Below, one piece after another: positions 9,837 to 19,013 of a stretch of 64,000 nt of DNA; positions within the stretch are counted from its first letter, which is position 1, and the number at the start of each line of letters is the position of its first letter. Location: the IMG/VR virus record IMGVR_UViG_3300031418_000001. One strand, given 5' to 3'. Below the pieces are notes generated by a model that was not told the DNA's origin, did no database searches, and saw only the letters and a program-made list of their open reading frames with translations. This DNA comes from a virus. Taxonomy: Duplodnaviria; Heunggongvirae; Uroviricota; Caudoviricetes. The position numbers were made by a program, and so were the translations under genes.

Positions 9837-9929
9837 TATTTTTCCTTTTTCAAATTTTAAGTCGCATGGTATGTATATTACATACGATTTATTTATTTTT
9901 ATAAGGGGTATATTTAGTACTTTTAGAAC

Positions 9930-9961
9930 AAAAAAAAGCTGACTAATATAGTCAGCTTTTT
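9930..9961. terminator. Intrinsic terminator
   Basis: A8-GCTGACT-aatat-AGTCAGC-T5. Confidence 0.85.
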
Positions 9962-9976
9962 ATATATTAATTTATG

Positions 9977-10615
9977 TTAAATTGGTTCGTCATCCCATGT
10001 TGCAGCGGCCCGAGCATCTTCATAAGTACTCGCAGCATCAATAGTGGCTTTTAATGTCCATGCTTTCTGATAAATTTCATTACTGAACTGGAATAAAGCA
10101 ATCGCAAATTCCTTAAATTTATCAGCATCCATTGGAATATTTTGGTCATCTTCTGAACGCCAGATAAAACCTTCTGGTAGTACTGCTGGATTAGATAAAA
10201 TCGCAGCCTGTGCACCAATAATATTCATTCTTGAATCACGATCAGTTAAGTATCTAACATCTTCAAATACAAAACCACCATAGTACTTATCATTACGTTT
10301 AGCATCCACACGATTTTTTAAATCAGTTTTGATTTCATCAAGTGGTTGTCTTTCATAAACGTATGTATTGGTTACTACTGCGGTATCTTCATCATAAGCA
10401 GTTTGCTTTTCTTTGAAGACCATGTATTCACCCTGATCAACATATACATCTTCTTGTGTCCAGAAACCTTCTGCTTTACGAGTATCTAAATCAAGGATAG
10501 TGATATTACCATAGGTAATACCACTGTTTCCACGTTGATTGATTGGACTCGTAATGACACGTACTATTCTGAAAGAACCATCGTCTTCCTTAACAACATA
10601 CAAATACAGCATCAT
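9977..10615 (-). CDS. Tail fibre assembly chaperone (DUF4376-like)
   Basis: KRNDKYYGGFVF...WRSEDDQNIPMD...LKATIDAA pattern, directly downstream of the long fibre gene. Confidence 0.75.
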   Translation of the reverse strand: MMLYLYVVKEDDGSFRIVRVITSPINQRGNSGITYGNITILDLDTRKAEGFWTQEDVYVDQGEYMVFKEKQTAYDEDTAVVTNTYVYERQPLDEIKTDLKNRVDAKRNDKYYGGFVFEDVRYLTDRDSRMNIIGAQAAILSNPAVLPEGFIWRSEDDQNIPMDADKFKEFAIALFQFSNEIYQKAWTLKATIDAASTYEDARAAATWDDEPI

Positions 10616-10629
10616 TATTTCTCCTAAAA

Positions 10630-13600
10630 TTATGGTCTTTGTGCAATAAACACGTCATACTGAGTACCAACACCGCAATATACAACTTGGCAGATACTTA
10701 CAGCGTTTGGATCAGTATTAACTTGACCGCCGATTACTGAATAGTTAGAACCCCAAGTTACTGCATGACCGCCAGTAGCGTCCTGAGTAATATAGATGAA
10801 CCAAGAACCAGCACCATTAACGTTAGCGATAGGGTTAATGGAAGTATTCGCAGATAGAGTAACGTTATAAACGTTTGAAGTGCCATCTGGAGTCCATGTT
10901 GCCGCACTAACAGTTTCAGTAGCATGTTGTTTAACGAAATAAGTACCAGTTTTGAAAGAGGTAGTAGTTAGTGTTGATAGATCAACATCTAAAGTACCAT
11001 TTACTTTCAAGTTGTTTACAGTTACTGCACCAGCAAAAGTACTTGTAGCGTTTACAGTCAGGGTATCAGCAGCAGCATCACCAATTACAGTGTTACCATT
11101 TGCAGATAGAGTTCCAGTTACTGTTGCACTGTTTAGTGTTGCAAGACCAGAAGTACTTAGAGTACTTAGAGTAGTTGCACCAGTTACACCTAAAGTAGTT
11201 GTAACAGAAGCACTGTTCAGTGTTGCAAGACCAGAAGTACCTAATGTACCAGTGATTGTAGTATTACCAGAAGCCACTGTTGCAAGAGTAGTTGCACCAT
11301 TTACTTTCAGTGTAGTACCAGCAGTAATACCAGCAGATGTGGTCACTGATTTAAAAGTAACATCAGAGTTTGTCTGGTTTAATGTACCGTTAATCACACC
11401 AGTTACTGTGAAGTCACCAGTAGTTACTACATTACCATTAACCTGAAGGTTATTGTTTGTCGAGCCTGAAGCACCGATAATTGCAGTTGCAGCAGTTAGT
11501 GAAGTACCAGCAGTTAGTGAACCAGCAGCAGTAATATTACCTGAAGCAGTTACGTTACGTGGAGAAATATCACGTGAAGTAAGGTCAATCGCTGCGTTAA
11601 TCACACCAGTTACATCTAAGTTACCGTTTACAACTGAGTCACCAAATACGTTCAGAACATAGTTAGTATTTTCAGTACCAGTACCAATTTTAATGGTATC
11701 TGCGTTTGCTTTCTTAACAGTGGTGGTTGTTCCTGATACAGTTAGATTTCCAGCAAGGGTAGATGCACCAGTTACTGATAAAGTACTACCTACTGTTACC
11801 GCACCTAAAGTACTTACGCCACTAACACCTAAAGTACCAGTGATAGAATGGTTGCCAGAGTTAACAGCAGCTAATGTTGTTACACCAGTTACACCAAAGG
11901 TTCCGGCTACGGTAGATTTACCACCAACAATAACATCATCAGTAGTAGTGATTGAAGCAACACTCAACGCAGCACCAGACAGATCTAAACCGCCAGTAGG
12001 TGTTAGTGTTCCAGTTACAGTTACATTATTTGCAAATGTAGTATTACCAGTAATTGAAGGAACTGCTAAAGTAGTTGCAGTTACACCAGCAAGAGTAGTT
12101 GCACCAGTTACACCTAAAGTACCACCTACAGTTGTATTACCAGAGATTTTAGGAGCACCAGTGATAACGCCAGTAGTAAGAACTAAGTTACCGCCTACAG
12201 TAGCATTTCCAGTACTTTCTAAACTCTGTACACTTAGATCAGTATTTGATAGGTCAAATGTACCATTAACAACTAAATCACCACCAACTGTTGTATTACC
12301 AGTAGTAGTCAATGTTGTAGAACTAATATCAGCACCAGACAGATCTAAACCACCAGCAGGAATAAATGTACCAGTTACTGTAACGTCATTTGCAAAGGTA
12401 GTATTACCAGTAATTGAAGGAACTGCTAATGTAGTTGCAGCAACGTCACCTAATGTAGCTTTACCAGTTACTCCTAATGTACCACCTACAGTTGAACTTC
12501 CTAACGTAGTTGTACCAGTTACCTCCAAAGTACCAGAAGCAGTAATATTAGCTGCTTTTAAAGTACCAGTTACGTTGCCAGTAATTGCAACATTACCACC
12601 AACAGACAGGTTAGTACCAACAGTCACAGCAGCAGTTGTTGTAAGTGATTTAGAACTAATATCAACAGCACTTAAATCAATACCAGCAGCAGTGAGAACA
12701 CCGTTAATTGTCAAGTCACCAGTTAAAGTAGTATCACCAGTTACAGAAGCATTACCTTTTACAGTTAGATTAGTACCTACAGTTGTTTCACCAGTACTTT
12801 CTAAAGTAACACCTTTAACAGATGTTGTACTTAGTACCGAATTTGGTTCAATATCTAAACCATCAACATTAGCTGCAACAGTAACACCAGTAGTAGTTCC
12901 GGTAACAACGAGGTCTTTGATTGTAGCAGTGCCAGATACTGAAGAATCGACCGAAGCAACAGTGCCATCAACATTAATCGAACCAGTAGACAGATTGCCA
13001 GCATTTGCACCAGTTAATTTACCGCCGACTGAAGCTGCTCCAGAAACTGTTAGAGTAGCGGCAGTAACACCATCAGTAACAACAACTGAATTTGGTTCAA
13101 TATCTAAACCATCAACGTTAGCTGCAACAGTAACGCCAGTAGTAGTTCCGGTAACAACAAGATCTTTGATTGTAGCAGTACCAGTTACTGAAGAATCAAC
13201 TGAAGTAACTGTACCATCACTATTAATTGAACCAGTAGACAGAGTGCCAGCACTTGCACCAGTTAATTTACCACCTACTGAACCTGCACCAGATACTGTT
13301 AGTGTAGTAGCACTAACACCATCAGTAACAACAACTGATTTAGGTTTAATGTCTAAACCATCAACATTAGCTGCAACAGTAACACCAGTAGTAGTTCCGG
13401 TAACAACAAGATCTTTTACAGTTACAGTTTGACCGTCTACTGTTACATTACCATCAAAGGTACTTGCACCAGAAACATTAACTGAACCAGCAGATACAAG
13501 ACCAGTACTTGTAACTGAACCAGCAGATAGAAGACCAGTACTTGTAACCGTTGCACCAGATAGACCCGCTGTTGCAGTTACAGAGTTAGGATTTAAATCT

Positions 13601-15042
13601 TGACCAGTAACATCAAGTGTTAGACCACTAACTTGACCAGTGACTTCAAGATCGTTTAGTACGGTTTTACCAGCAACTGTTAATTGTGGTCGTGTAGTGC
13701 CAGTGGTACTGTTACCAACAATATCAAGATAATCAATACTTGCTTTGCCTTTTGCGGTTAGACCGTTATTAGCGAAGGTCACATCACCAACAGTAATACG
13801 ATCAATATCTGCTACTTGGCCTTGGAATTCATGAGAACTAACTTTATAAGGCTCAATAGAAGATTTAATATCTGTAGGACGAGAAGCATCATTATAACTG
13901 AACTGTACAATACCAGCAGAACCAGCAACAGTGTAAGTGCCAAAAGTAGCAGCACTTGATGCACCAGTTACATTACCTGATACGTTAAGACTCGTTAGAG
14001 TAGTTGCACCAGTAGCAGTAATACCATTAAATGAACTTGCACCACTAACTGTTAGGGTTTCAAAGTTACCTTGATCGAGACTAAAATCACCACTTAGAAC
14101 ACCAGTAACCTCTAAATCACCAACAGTAGTTTTTCCGGTGAACTTTGAAGTACCAGCAACAGTGAATTGAGGGCGTGTAGTGCCAGTGGTACTGTTACCA
14201 ACAATATCAAGGTAATCAATACTTGCTTTACCTTTAGCAATTAAGCCATTATCACTATAAGTAACATCACCAAGAACAATATGACCGATAGTACCTTTTT
14301 GACCTTGGAATTCATTAGAACTAATTTTATAAGGTTCAATTGCAGATTTAATATCAGTAGGACGTGCTGGATCATTATAAGTAAACTGAACAACACCAGT
14401 TTGACCAGCAACATTATAGGTTGTGAATGTAGCAGAATAACCAGTACCAGCAACGTTACCTGATAGGTTTACGTTTTTAAGTGTACTTGTACCATTTACA
14501 GTTAGACTATTGAATACACCGTTGTCCATAGTAAAAGTACCACCGAGTGTACCATTAATGACAACATCATTAAGAGTAGCAGTTCCGGTACTCGTTAGAT
14601 CAACAGTATCCACTGAGTCAGATGCATTAACAGTTGTCGCCGTTACAGTATCAATATTACCGACCGGAGAAGTTAATGAAGTTGTTGCACTTAGGGTATC
14701 AGTAGTGATAGCACCTGAGTTATTAATTTTTGCACTTGTAATGGTTCCTGTACTTTCTAAATCAGCAGTCGTAACTTTTGCAGTTCCGGTTACATTACGA
14801 AATGTTGCAGAACTGTTTGCACCACCAGTGATGTTACCATTTATACTCATGTTACCACTTGCAGAGATATTAGCAAGATTTGCGGTTCCAGTTACAGTGA
14901 TTTGGGTAAATGTAGCGTCGGCAAAACTTACCGTACCATTGACTGTTAGATTTTTGGCAATAACTGCATTACCACTTACTAACAAATCTTTGTCAATTGT
15001 ACCATTACCAGCTACTTTAAGATCCGTATTAAAAGGATACAT
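10630..15042 (-). CDS. Long tail fibre protein (1470 aa, T/V/G-rich repeats)
   Basis: Extended L(T/N)V(T/S)G beta repeats, internal duplications and an adjacent chaperone gene. Confidence 0.85.
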   Translation of the reverse strand: MYPFNTDLKVAGNGTIDKDLLVSGNAVIAKNLTVNGTVSFADATFTQITVTGTANLANISASGNMSINGNITGGANSSATFRNVTGTAKVTTADLESTGTITSAKINNSGAITTDTLSATTSLTSPVGNIDTVTATTVNASDSVDTVDLTSTGTATLNDVVINGTLGGTFTMDNGVFNSLTVNGTSTLKNVNLSGNVAGTGYSATFTTYNVAGQTGVVQFTYNDPARPTDIKSAIEPYKISSNEFQGQKGTIGHIVLGDVTYSDNGLIAKGKASIDYLDIVGNSTTGTTRPQFTVAGTSKFTGKTTVGDLEVTGVLSGDFSLDQGNFETLTVSGASSFNGITATGATTLTSLNVSGNVTGASSAATFGTYTVAGSAGIVQFSYNDASRPTDIKSSIEPYKVSSHEFQGQVADIDRITVGDVTFANNGLTAKGKASIDYLDIVGNSTTGTTRPQLTVAGKTVLNDLEVTGQVSGLTLDVTGQDLNPNSVTATAGLSGATVTSTGLLSAGSVTSTGLVSAGSVNVSGASTFDGNVTVDGQTVTVKDLVVTGTTTGVTVAANVDGLDIKPKSVVVTDGVSATTLTVSGAGSVGGKLTGASAGTLSTGSINSDGTVTSVDSSVTGTATIKDLVVTGTTTGVTVAANVDGLDIEPNSVVVTDGVTAATLTVSGAASVGGKLTGANAGNLSTGSINVDGTVASVDSSVSGTATIKDLVVTGTTTGVTVAANVDGLDIEPNSVLSTTSVKGVTLESTGETTVGTNLTVKGNASVTGDTTLTGDLTINGVLTAAGIDLSAVDISSKSLTTTAAVTVGTNLSVGGNVAITGNVTGTLKAANITASGTLEVTGTTTLGSSTVGGTLGVTGKATLGDVAATTLAVPSITGNTTFANDVTVTGTFIPAGGLDLSGADISSTTLTTTGNTTVGGDLVVNGTFDLSNTDLSVQSLESTGNATVGGNLVLTTGVITGAPKISGNTTVGGTLGVTGATTLAGVTATTLAVPSITGNTTFANNVTVTGTLTPTGGLDLSGAALSVASITTTDDVIVGGKSTVAGTFGVTGVTTLAAVNSGNHSITGTLGVSGVSTLGAVTVGSTLSVTGASTLAGNLTVSGTTTTVKKANADTIKIGTGTENTNYVLNVFGDSVVNGNLDVTGVINAAIDLTSRDISPRNVTASGNITAAGSLTAGTSLTAATAIIGASGSTNNNLQVNGNVVTTGDFTVTGVINGTLNQTNSDVTFKSVTTSAGITAGTTLKVNGATTLATVASGNTTITGTLGTSGLATLNSASVTTTLGVTGATTLSTLSTSGLATLNSATVTGTLSANGNTVIGDAAADTLTVNATSTFAGAVTVNNLKVNGTLDVDLSTLTTTSFKTGTYFVKQHATETVSAATWTPDGTSNVYNVTLSANTSINPIANVNGAGSWFIYITQDATGGHAVTWGSNYSVIGGQVNTDPNAVSICQVVYCGVGTQYDVFIAQRP
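11971..12490. repeat. Internal duplication in the fibre gene, period 360 bp (120 aa)
   Basis: agcaccagacagatctaaac occurs at 11971 and 12331, with matching downstream sequence. Confidence 0.8.
12780..13430. repeat. Three tandem modules in the fibre gene, period 249 bp (83 aa)
   Basis: tctaaaccatcaac(a/g)ttagctgcaacagtaac(a/g)ccagtagtagttccggtaacaac recurs near 12854, 13103 and 13352. Confidence 0.9.
13680..14440. repeat. Internal duplication in the fibre gene, period 483 bp (161 aa)
   Basis: cgtgtagtgccagtggtactgttaccaacaatatcaag occurs at 13691 and 14174. Confidence 0.85.
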
Positions 15043-15153
15043 TCTTTCCCTCCGTTGGAAACAATATTAATTTAATGTATTTATCTATGATGTTATTTTA
15101 TATTAATACTTAAAAGAAAAATCTCAGATTTAACAACCTGAGATTATTATCTA

Positions 15154-16026
15154 TTACTTACCTGAAATAACTGCTTTACCACTGAAAAGAATATTACTAT
15201 TCAAAATAATATTTCCACTTGAATCAATTGTAGTATCGAGTGAAACTACTTCAAATGGTGCGGTACTGGCAGCAGCATCCACTGTATTTTGATAAACAGT
15301 AATGAATAGAGGGCCAGTAGCTTGACCATGTTCAGTAGCTGGAATAGATAACTGGTATGCACCATTAACTGAAGTCCAATCTGCTTTATCAATTGTTTTA
15401 GGATATGGGGTACTCAATGTAGTTGCTCCTATTAATAGTAGTTTATAATTTGATGTAGGTAATGCATTACTTGTAATAGAAATATTACCTTCATTACTAA
15501 CAACAACCTGTGCCATTGCAGTAGCACCAGTATCATCTTGTAATTGCACAATGATATTGGAACCACGTTCATGAACTGTCTCTGCTAAAGAGTACTGATA
15601 TACTCCTGAATTACTTACCCAATCTGAAGGGGTAATTACATGTTCAGTTACATAGCTTGAATCTGATTCTGGCTTAACAGATAAGGGTTTCCATACTCCA
15701 ACATCTTTAAAAAAGATGTTTAAAATATTAGTGCTGTCCAACTTAAAGTACACATTATTATCTTCGCCTAAACTCTGTGCTGGGTCATCGGCACCATGCA
15801 GAATACCTGCACTACCGCCGCCACCTCCACCATGTGAATTGAAATAAGCTAAGTTAACCGCATGTGTATCGTCAGTAGGATTTGCCACACTGATTGGAAT
15901 TAAGTCATCTTGTTGGTAATTCATAACTTTAAGTGAACCATTTTCATAAACTAATGCTCCACCATTTTTACCAACAACGAAGGATTTTTTCATTGTTCCT
16001 TCTAAATTTGAAAAAATTGCCATCAA
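15154..16026 (-). CDS. Virion structural protein (fibre/adaptor-associated)
   Basis: Contains two copies of a 'DW...YQ...H' module that also occurs at the C-terminus of 5908-7779. Late-promoter hexamer upstream. Confidence 0.65.
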   Translation of the reverse strand: MMAIFSNLEGTMKKSFVVGKNGGALVYENGSLKVMNYQQDDLIPISVANPTDDTHAVNLAYFNSHGGGGGGSAGILHGADDPAQSLGEDNNVYFKLDSTNILNIFFKDVGVWKPLSVKPESDSSYVTEHVITPSDWVSNSGVYQYSLAETVHERGSNIIVQLQDDTGATAMAQVVVSNEGNISITSNALPTSNYKLLLIGATTLSTPYPKTIDKADWTSVNGAYQLSIPATEHGQATGPLFITVYQNTVDAAASTAPFEVVSLDTTIDSSGNIILNSNILFSGKAVISGK

Positions 16027-16101
16027 TACATTCTCCGATTGGTTTATTTGATGTAGTATTTATGTATGAGTAAATATAGGATATTGAATAGGAGAACAAA
16101 A

Positions 16102-16686
16102 ATGGTTTCAATGAAAGATCTTGCACAAAAAGTACAAAGTGTGTTAATCGAAGGTAATGTTGGTACTTTTTATCACGGCAGTCCTCATAAAATCACCTCA
16201 TTTGTGAATGATTTCATGGAAGAGGGTAATCATATGTATGGGCCTGGAATTTATTTCACATCAAATCCGCAGGAAGCATCGACTTATGCTGAAAAAGATG
16301 GATATATCTATGAAGTAACCTTAAACTTCAGAAAAGAACTTGCTGCTAAAGGAAAAGTTAACCTAAATGTATGTAAAAAGTTGATGTTGAATTCACCAGA
16401 TGAAGAAGCATGGACTAATTGGGCTGAAGACAAAAATACTGCCATCAATGATGCATTACGGACTACTGCTGAATCATCAGATAATATGCTTGAAGCACTT
16501 ATGATTGTTTGGGGTGACTGGTATCGTGGTCAACATATAGCTTTTGTTAATCAACTTATTAAACTTGGCTATGATGGTACTTTATATCCTAATATTAACA
16601 ATTCTGGTAATACATTTGCGGTTGTTTATAACCCTCAATCAATTAATTTAGTTCGTATAATTCCAGCAAGTGAATTTTACAAATAA
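16102..16686 (+). CDS. ADP-ribosyltransferase-fold protein (ART-PolyVal-like)
   Basis: FYHGS...GPGIYFT...ASTYA...GYIYEVTL...GYDG. The start was moved to ATG16102, after AGGAGA. Confidence 0.65.
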   Translation: MVSMKDLAQKVQSVLIEGNVGTFYHGSPHKITSFVNDFMEEGNHMYGPGIYFTSNPQEASTYAEKDGYIYEVTLNFRKELAAKGKVNLNVCKKLMLNSPDEEAWTNWAEDKNTAINDALRTTAESSDNMLEALMIVWGDWYRGQHIAFVNQLIKLGYDGTLYPNINNSGNTFAVVYNPQSINLVRIIPASEFYK

Positions 16687-16712
16687 AAAAGGAGCCTGTT
16701 GGCTCCTTTTTT
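16685..16712. terminator. Bidirectional terminator
   Basis: A6-GGAGCC-tgtt-GGCTCC-T6. Confidence 0.9.
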
Positions 16713-16713
16713 C

Positions 16714-17784
16714 TTAAATCGGAATACTACTTGTTGGTAATTGCTTAGCTACTGTGATTTTAACTTCTACTATACCAGAGTCACTGTTTAGCGGAGCATA
16801 ATCAAATACAGCACTAACTATTTCATCTTTAACGCTTGGGTTATGATTAATTTCATTAACGATGTATCTTTTCTGAACGTTAATATCAAAATATTCTTCT
16901 GGTGCAATTATAACAGAACCAGCATCATCCTGAATAGTACCACCAAAACGAATTTCCATTTCAACTACGTTAGTATTAAGTTTAGTTGTTACATTAGCAT
17001 CAATATTTGTCACTACATAACCAGCAGGAACGGTTCCAAGTACTAAAAGGGTGTTAGCCATACTGAAATCAATTGTATTTGAAATAATATACAATGCATC
17101 AGCACTACTTCCATCATCACCCTTGACACCCTGTTTACCTGTCCATTGATACGGTTTACTCCAGTGTAAAACACCATTACCATCAACATATACCTGATAA
17201 ATCTCACCAGTATCTTCTTTTAAGAAAGTATATGTATCCCATAAAGTACTTATATCCGGTAAAACATCACCACTGTCATTAATAACAAAGTTACCAGCAT
17301 CACCTTTAATACCTTTCCATCTGTAAGGAGCACTCCAAACTAATTGAGGGGTTTTCTGGTAAATGTTACCTTCATCTTCTTTATAGAAGGTGTAACCAAT
17401 GCGAAGGTCTGCTAAATCGGGGAGGGTATCACCCTGTGCATCAATAAGGAATGGATCTCCTTTATCTCCTTTACCGTACTCTACACTAACCCAAGTACTC
17501 GGTGTAACACCAGGAAGAGAGGTTTTAAAATATAATGTTACTTTGCCATTTGCATAGCTTTGATATACGAATCCCTGCACTTCATCAACAAATGAAGTAC
17601 CATCAGGAATTAAATCACCCTGTAAATCAGGTTTGAAGTTTTTTCCATCTGAACCAACAACATGCCCGAGTACTTCTGAAGTACTATCAGTATAAAATAC
17701 AACTAAATCACCATCATCATTGATAGTAGCAGATTTAATACTTTTATTAGATGAGCAGTTTTGATTATTGAAAGAAATTGCCAT
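16714..17784 (-). CDS. Virion/fibre protein with short collagen-like GxKGD linkers and three repeated modules
   Basis: GKGDKGD, GIKGDAG and GVKGDDG separate repeated GDxLPD...YTF.KED.G.IYQ...WS.PY.W units. RBS AGGAGA before the start at 17784. Confidence 0.7.
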   Translation of the reverse strand: MAISFNNQNCSSNKSIKSATINDDGDLVVFYTDSTSEVLGHVVGSDGKNFKPDLQGDLIPDGTSFVDEVQGFVYQSYANGKVTLYFKTSLPGVTPSTWVSVEYGKGDKGDPFLIDAQGDTLPDLADLRIGYTFYKEDEGNIYQKTPQLVWSAPYRWKGIKGDAGNFVINDSGDVLPDISTLWDTYTFLKEDTGEIYQVYVDGNGVLHWSKPYQWTGKQGVKGDDGSSADALYIISNTIDFSMANTLLVLGTVPAGYVVTNIDANVTTKLNTNVVEMEIRFGGTIQDDAGSVIIAPEEYFDINVQKRYIVNEINHNPSVKDEIVSAVFDYAPLNSDSGIVEVKITVAKQLPTSSIPI

Positions 17785-17883
17785 GTTAGAATCTCCTATA
17801 CAATTTATGGTATTTATCCCCATTACACATTGTGCGTCTTGCTTAAATAAATAATATAAAGTTCAATAGAAGGGAACTATAAA

Positions 17884-18381
17884 ATGGGATTAAGATCTAA
17901 AAACTTTATGTTCGAACGCTTAACGAAAGATGGCGAACAAGAAATGTATCTGGAAAGTGATACTTGGTATCCAACTAATCCAGATTATAAATGGAATGAA
18001 ACTTCCGTTAAATTACCAGCAGGTGGTTATTATGGTAGTACTACTGGACTACATACTTTTAGTTTTACTCTTAGAAATTTTGTGGGTCGTATATCTGTAC
18101 AGGCGACGTTAGCAAATGATCCAACAGAAGAAGATTGGTTCAATATTAATTTCTGTGATAAGGGTGAATACATTGAGATTACACCAGAGCAAATTTTCGA
18201 TATGTATAATGGCGAAAGAGTCATATATGCATATGGAAGTACTGGCACTTTTTCGGAAACGGTAGTGGGTAACTTTACTTATCTACGTATTGTTATTTCC
18301 AGAGATTATATTAGTACAGATCCTACAGATTACCAAAAAAATAACGTTGGTAAACTTGAAGAAGTATTAATCAATTATTAA
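17884..18381 (+). CDS. Conserved hypothetical, probably virion protein
   Basis: ORF with RBS and TAAATA at 17844. Confidence 0.7.
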   Translation: MGLRSKNFMFERLTKDGEQEMYLESDTWYPTNPDYKWNETSVKLPAGGYYGSTTGLHTFSFTLRNFVGRISVQATLANDPTEEDWFNINFCDKGEYIEITPEQIFDMYNGERVIYAYGSTGTFSETVVGNFTYLRIVISRDYISTDPTDYQKNNVGKLEEVLINY

Positions 18382-18393
18382 TAAGGATACAAA

Positions 18394-19002
18394 ATGAGTG
18401 ATTTTAAAGACGCCCCAAGATTATATGTAAAGGGTCATGTTCTAATACAGGACATTACTGATCCTGAGAACGTCACTACTGTGCTTGATAAATCCAACGC
18501 AATTCACCCTGAGAATATGTCATTTGCAATTGCAAACTCACTGGCTGCAATCACTGATACTCAAGGTAAAAGTATTGGTGCTATTTCAGAAATGCGTTTT
18601 GGTAATGGTGGTACTATTGTTTTAAGTACAGGTAGAGTTCAGTATAAAAAACCAAGAGTAAGTTCATTAGGTGGACTATATTCACAGACTTATTCTAAAA
18701 AAATTAACATCAACGTAGATAGTAGTGTTGAGAGTGAATATAATAGCGTAAGCACTGTACATATTCCTGGTCAGGTATATTCTGATATTGTATGCTTATG
18801 TACTTTAGGTTTAGGCGAACCATCTGACCAGAACGTGAGTAGTACAACCGACATGGAAGGAAAGTATGTATTTGATGAATTAGGCTTATATACCGATGGC
18901 GACAGTGGTTCAGCATTAACACATATTATCTTCCATCCAGTAGAAAAAAGTGCGAACCGTGTTCTTCAAATCAAATACACAATTCGTATTCAACTACAAT
19001 AA
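18394..19002 (+). CDS. Probable virion structural protein
   Basis: FGNGG...FDELGL...LTHIIFHPVEKSANR pattern seen in jumbo-phage structural genes (recognised from memory). Confidence 0.65.
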   Translation: MSDFKDAPRLYVKGHVLIQDITDPENVTTVLDKSNAIHPENMSFAIANSLAAITDTQGKSIGAISEMRFGNGGTIVLSTGRVQYKKPRVSSLGGLYSQTYSKKININVDSSVESEYNSVSTVHIPGQVYSDIVCLCTLGLGEPSDQNVSSTTDMEGKYVFDELGLYTDGDSGSALTHIIFHPVEKSANRVLQIKYTIRIQLQ

Positions 19003-19013
19003 GGAAGAAATAA

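Noticed and set aside
12780-14440. Fibre repeats as a diversity-generating retroelement TR/VR pair or a CRISPR array
   Set aside because: The copies are in-frame tandem protein modules with no unique spacers, no clear adenine-specific divergence, and no reverse transcriptase or cas gene in the window.
10952-15070. Long plus-strand ORFs (10952-11446, 11693-13432, 14510-15070)
   Set aside because: These are antisense shadows of the repetitive T/V/G-rich fibre gene. They have no RBS, and their V/P/T composition follows from the opposite-strand codon pattern.
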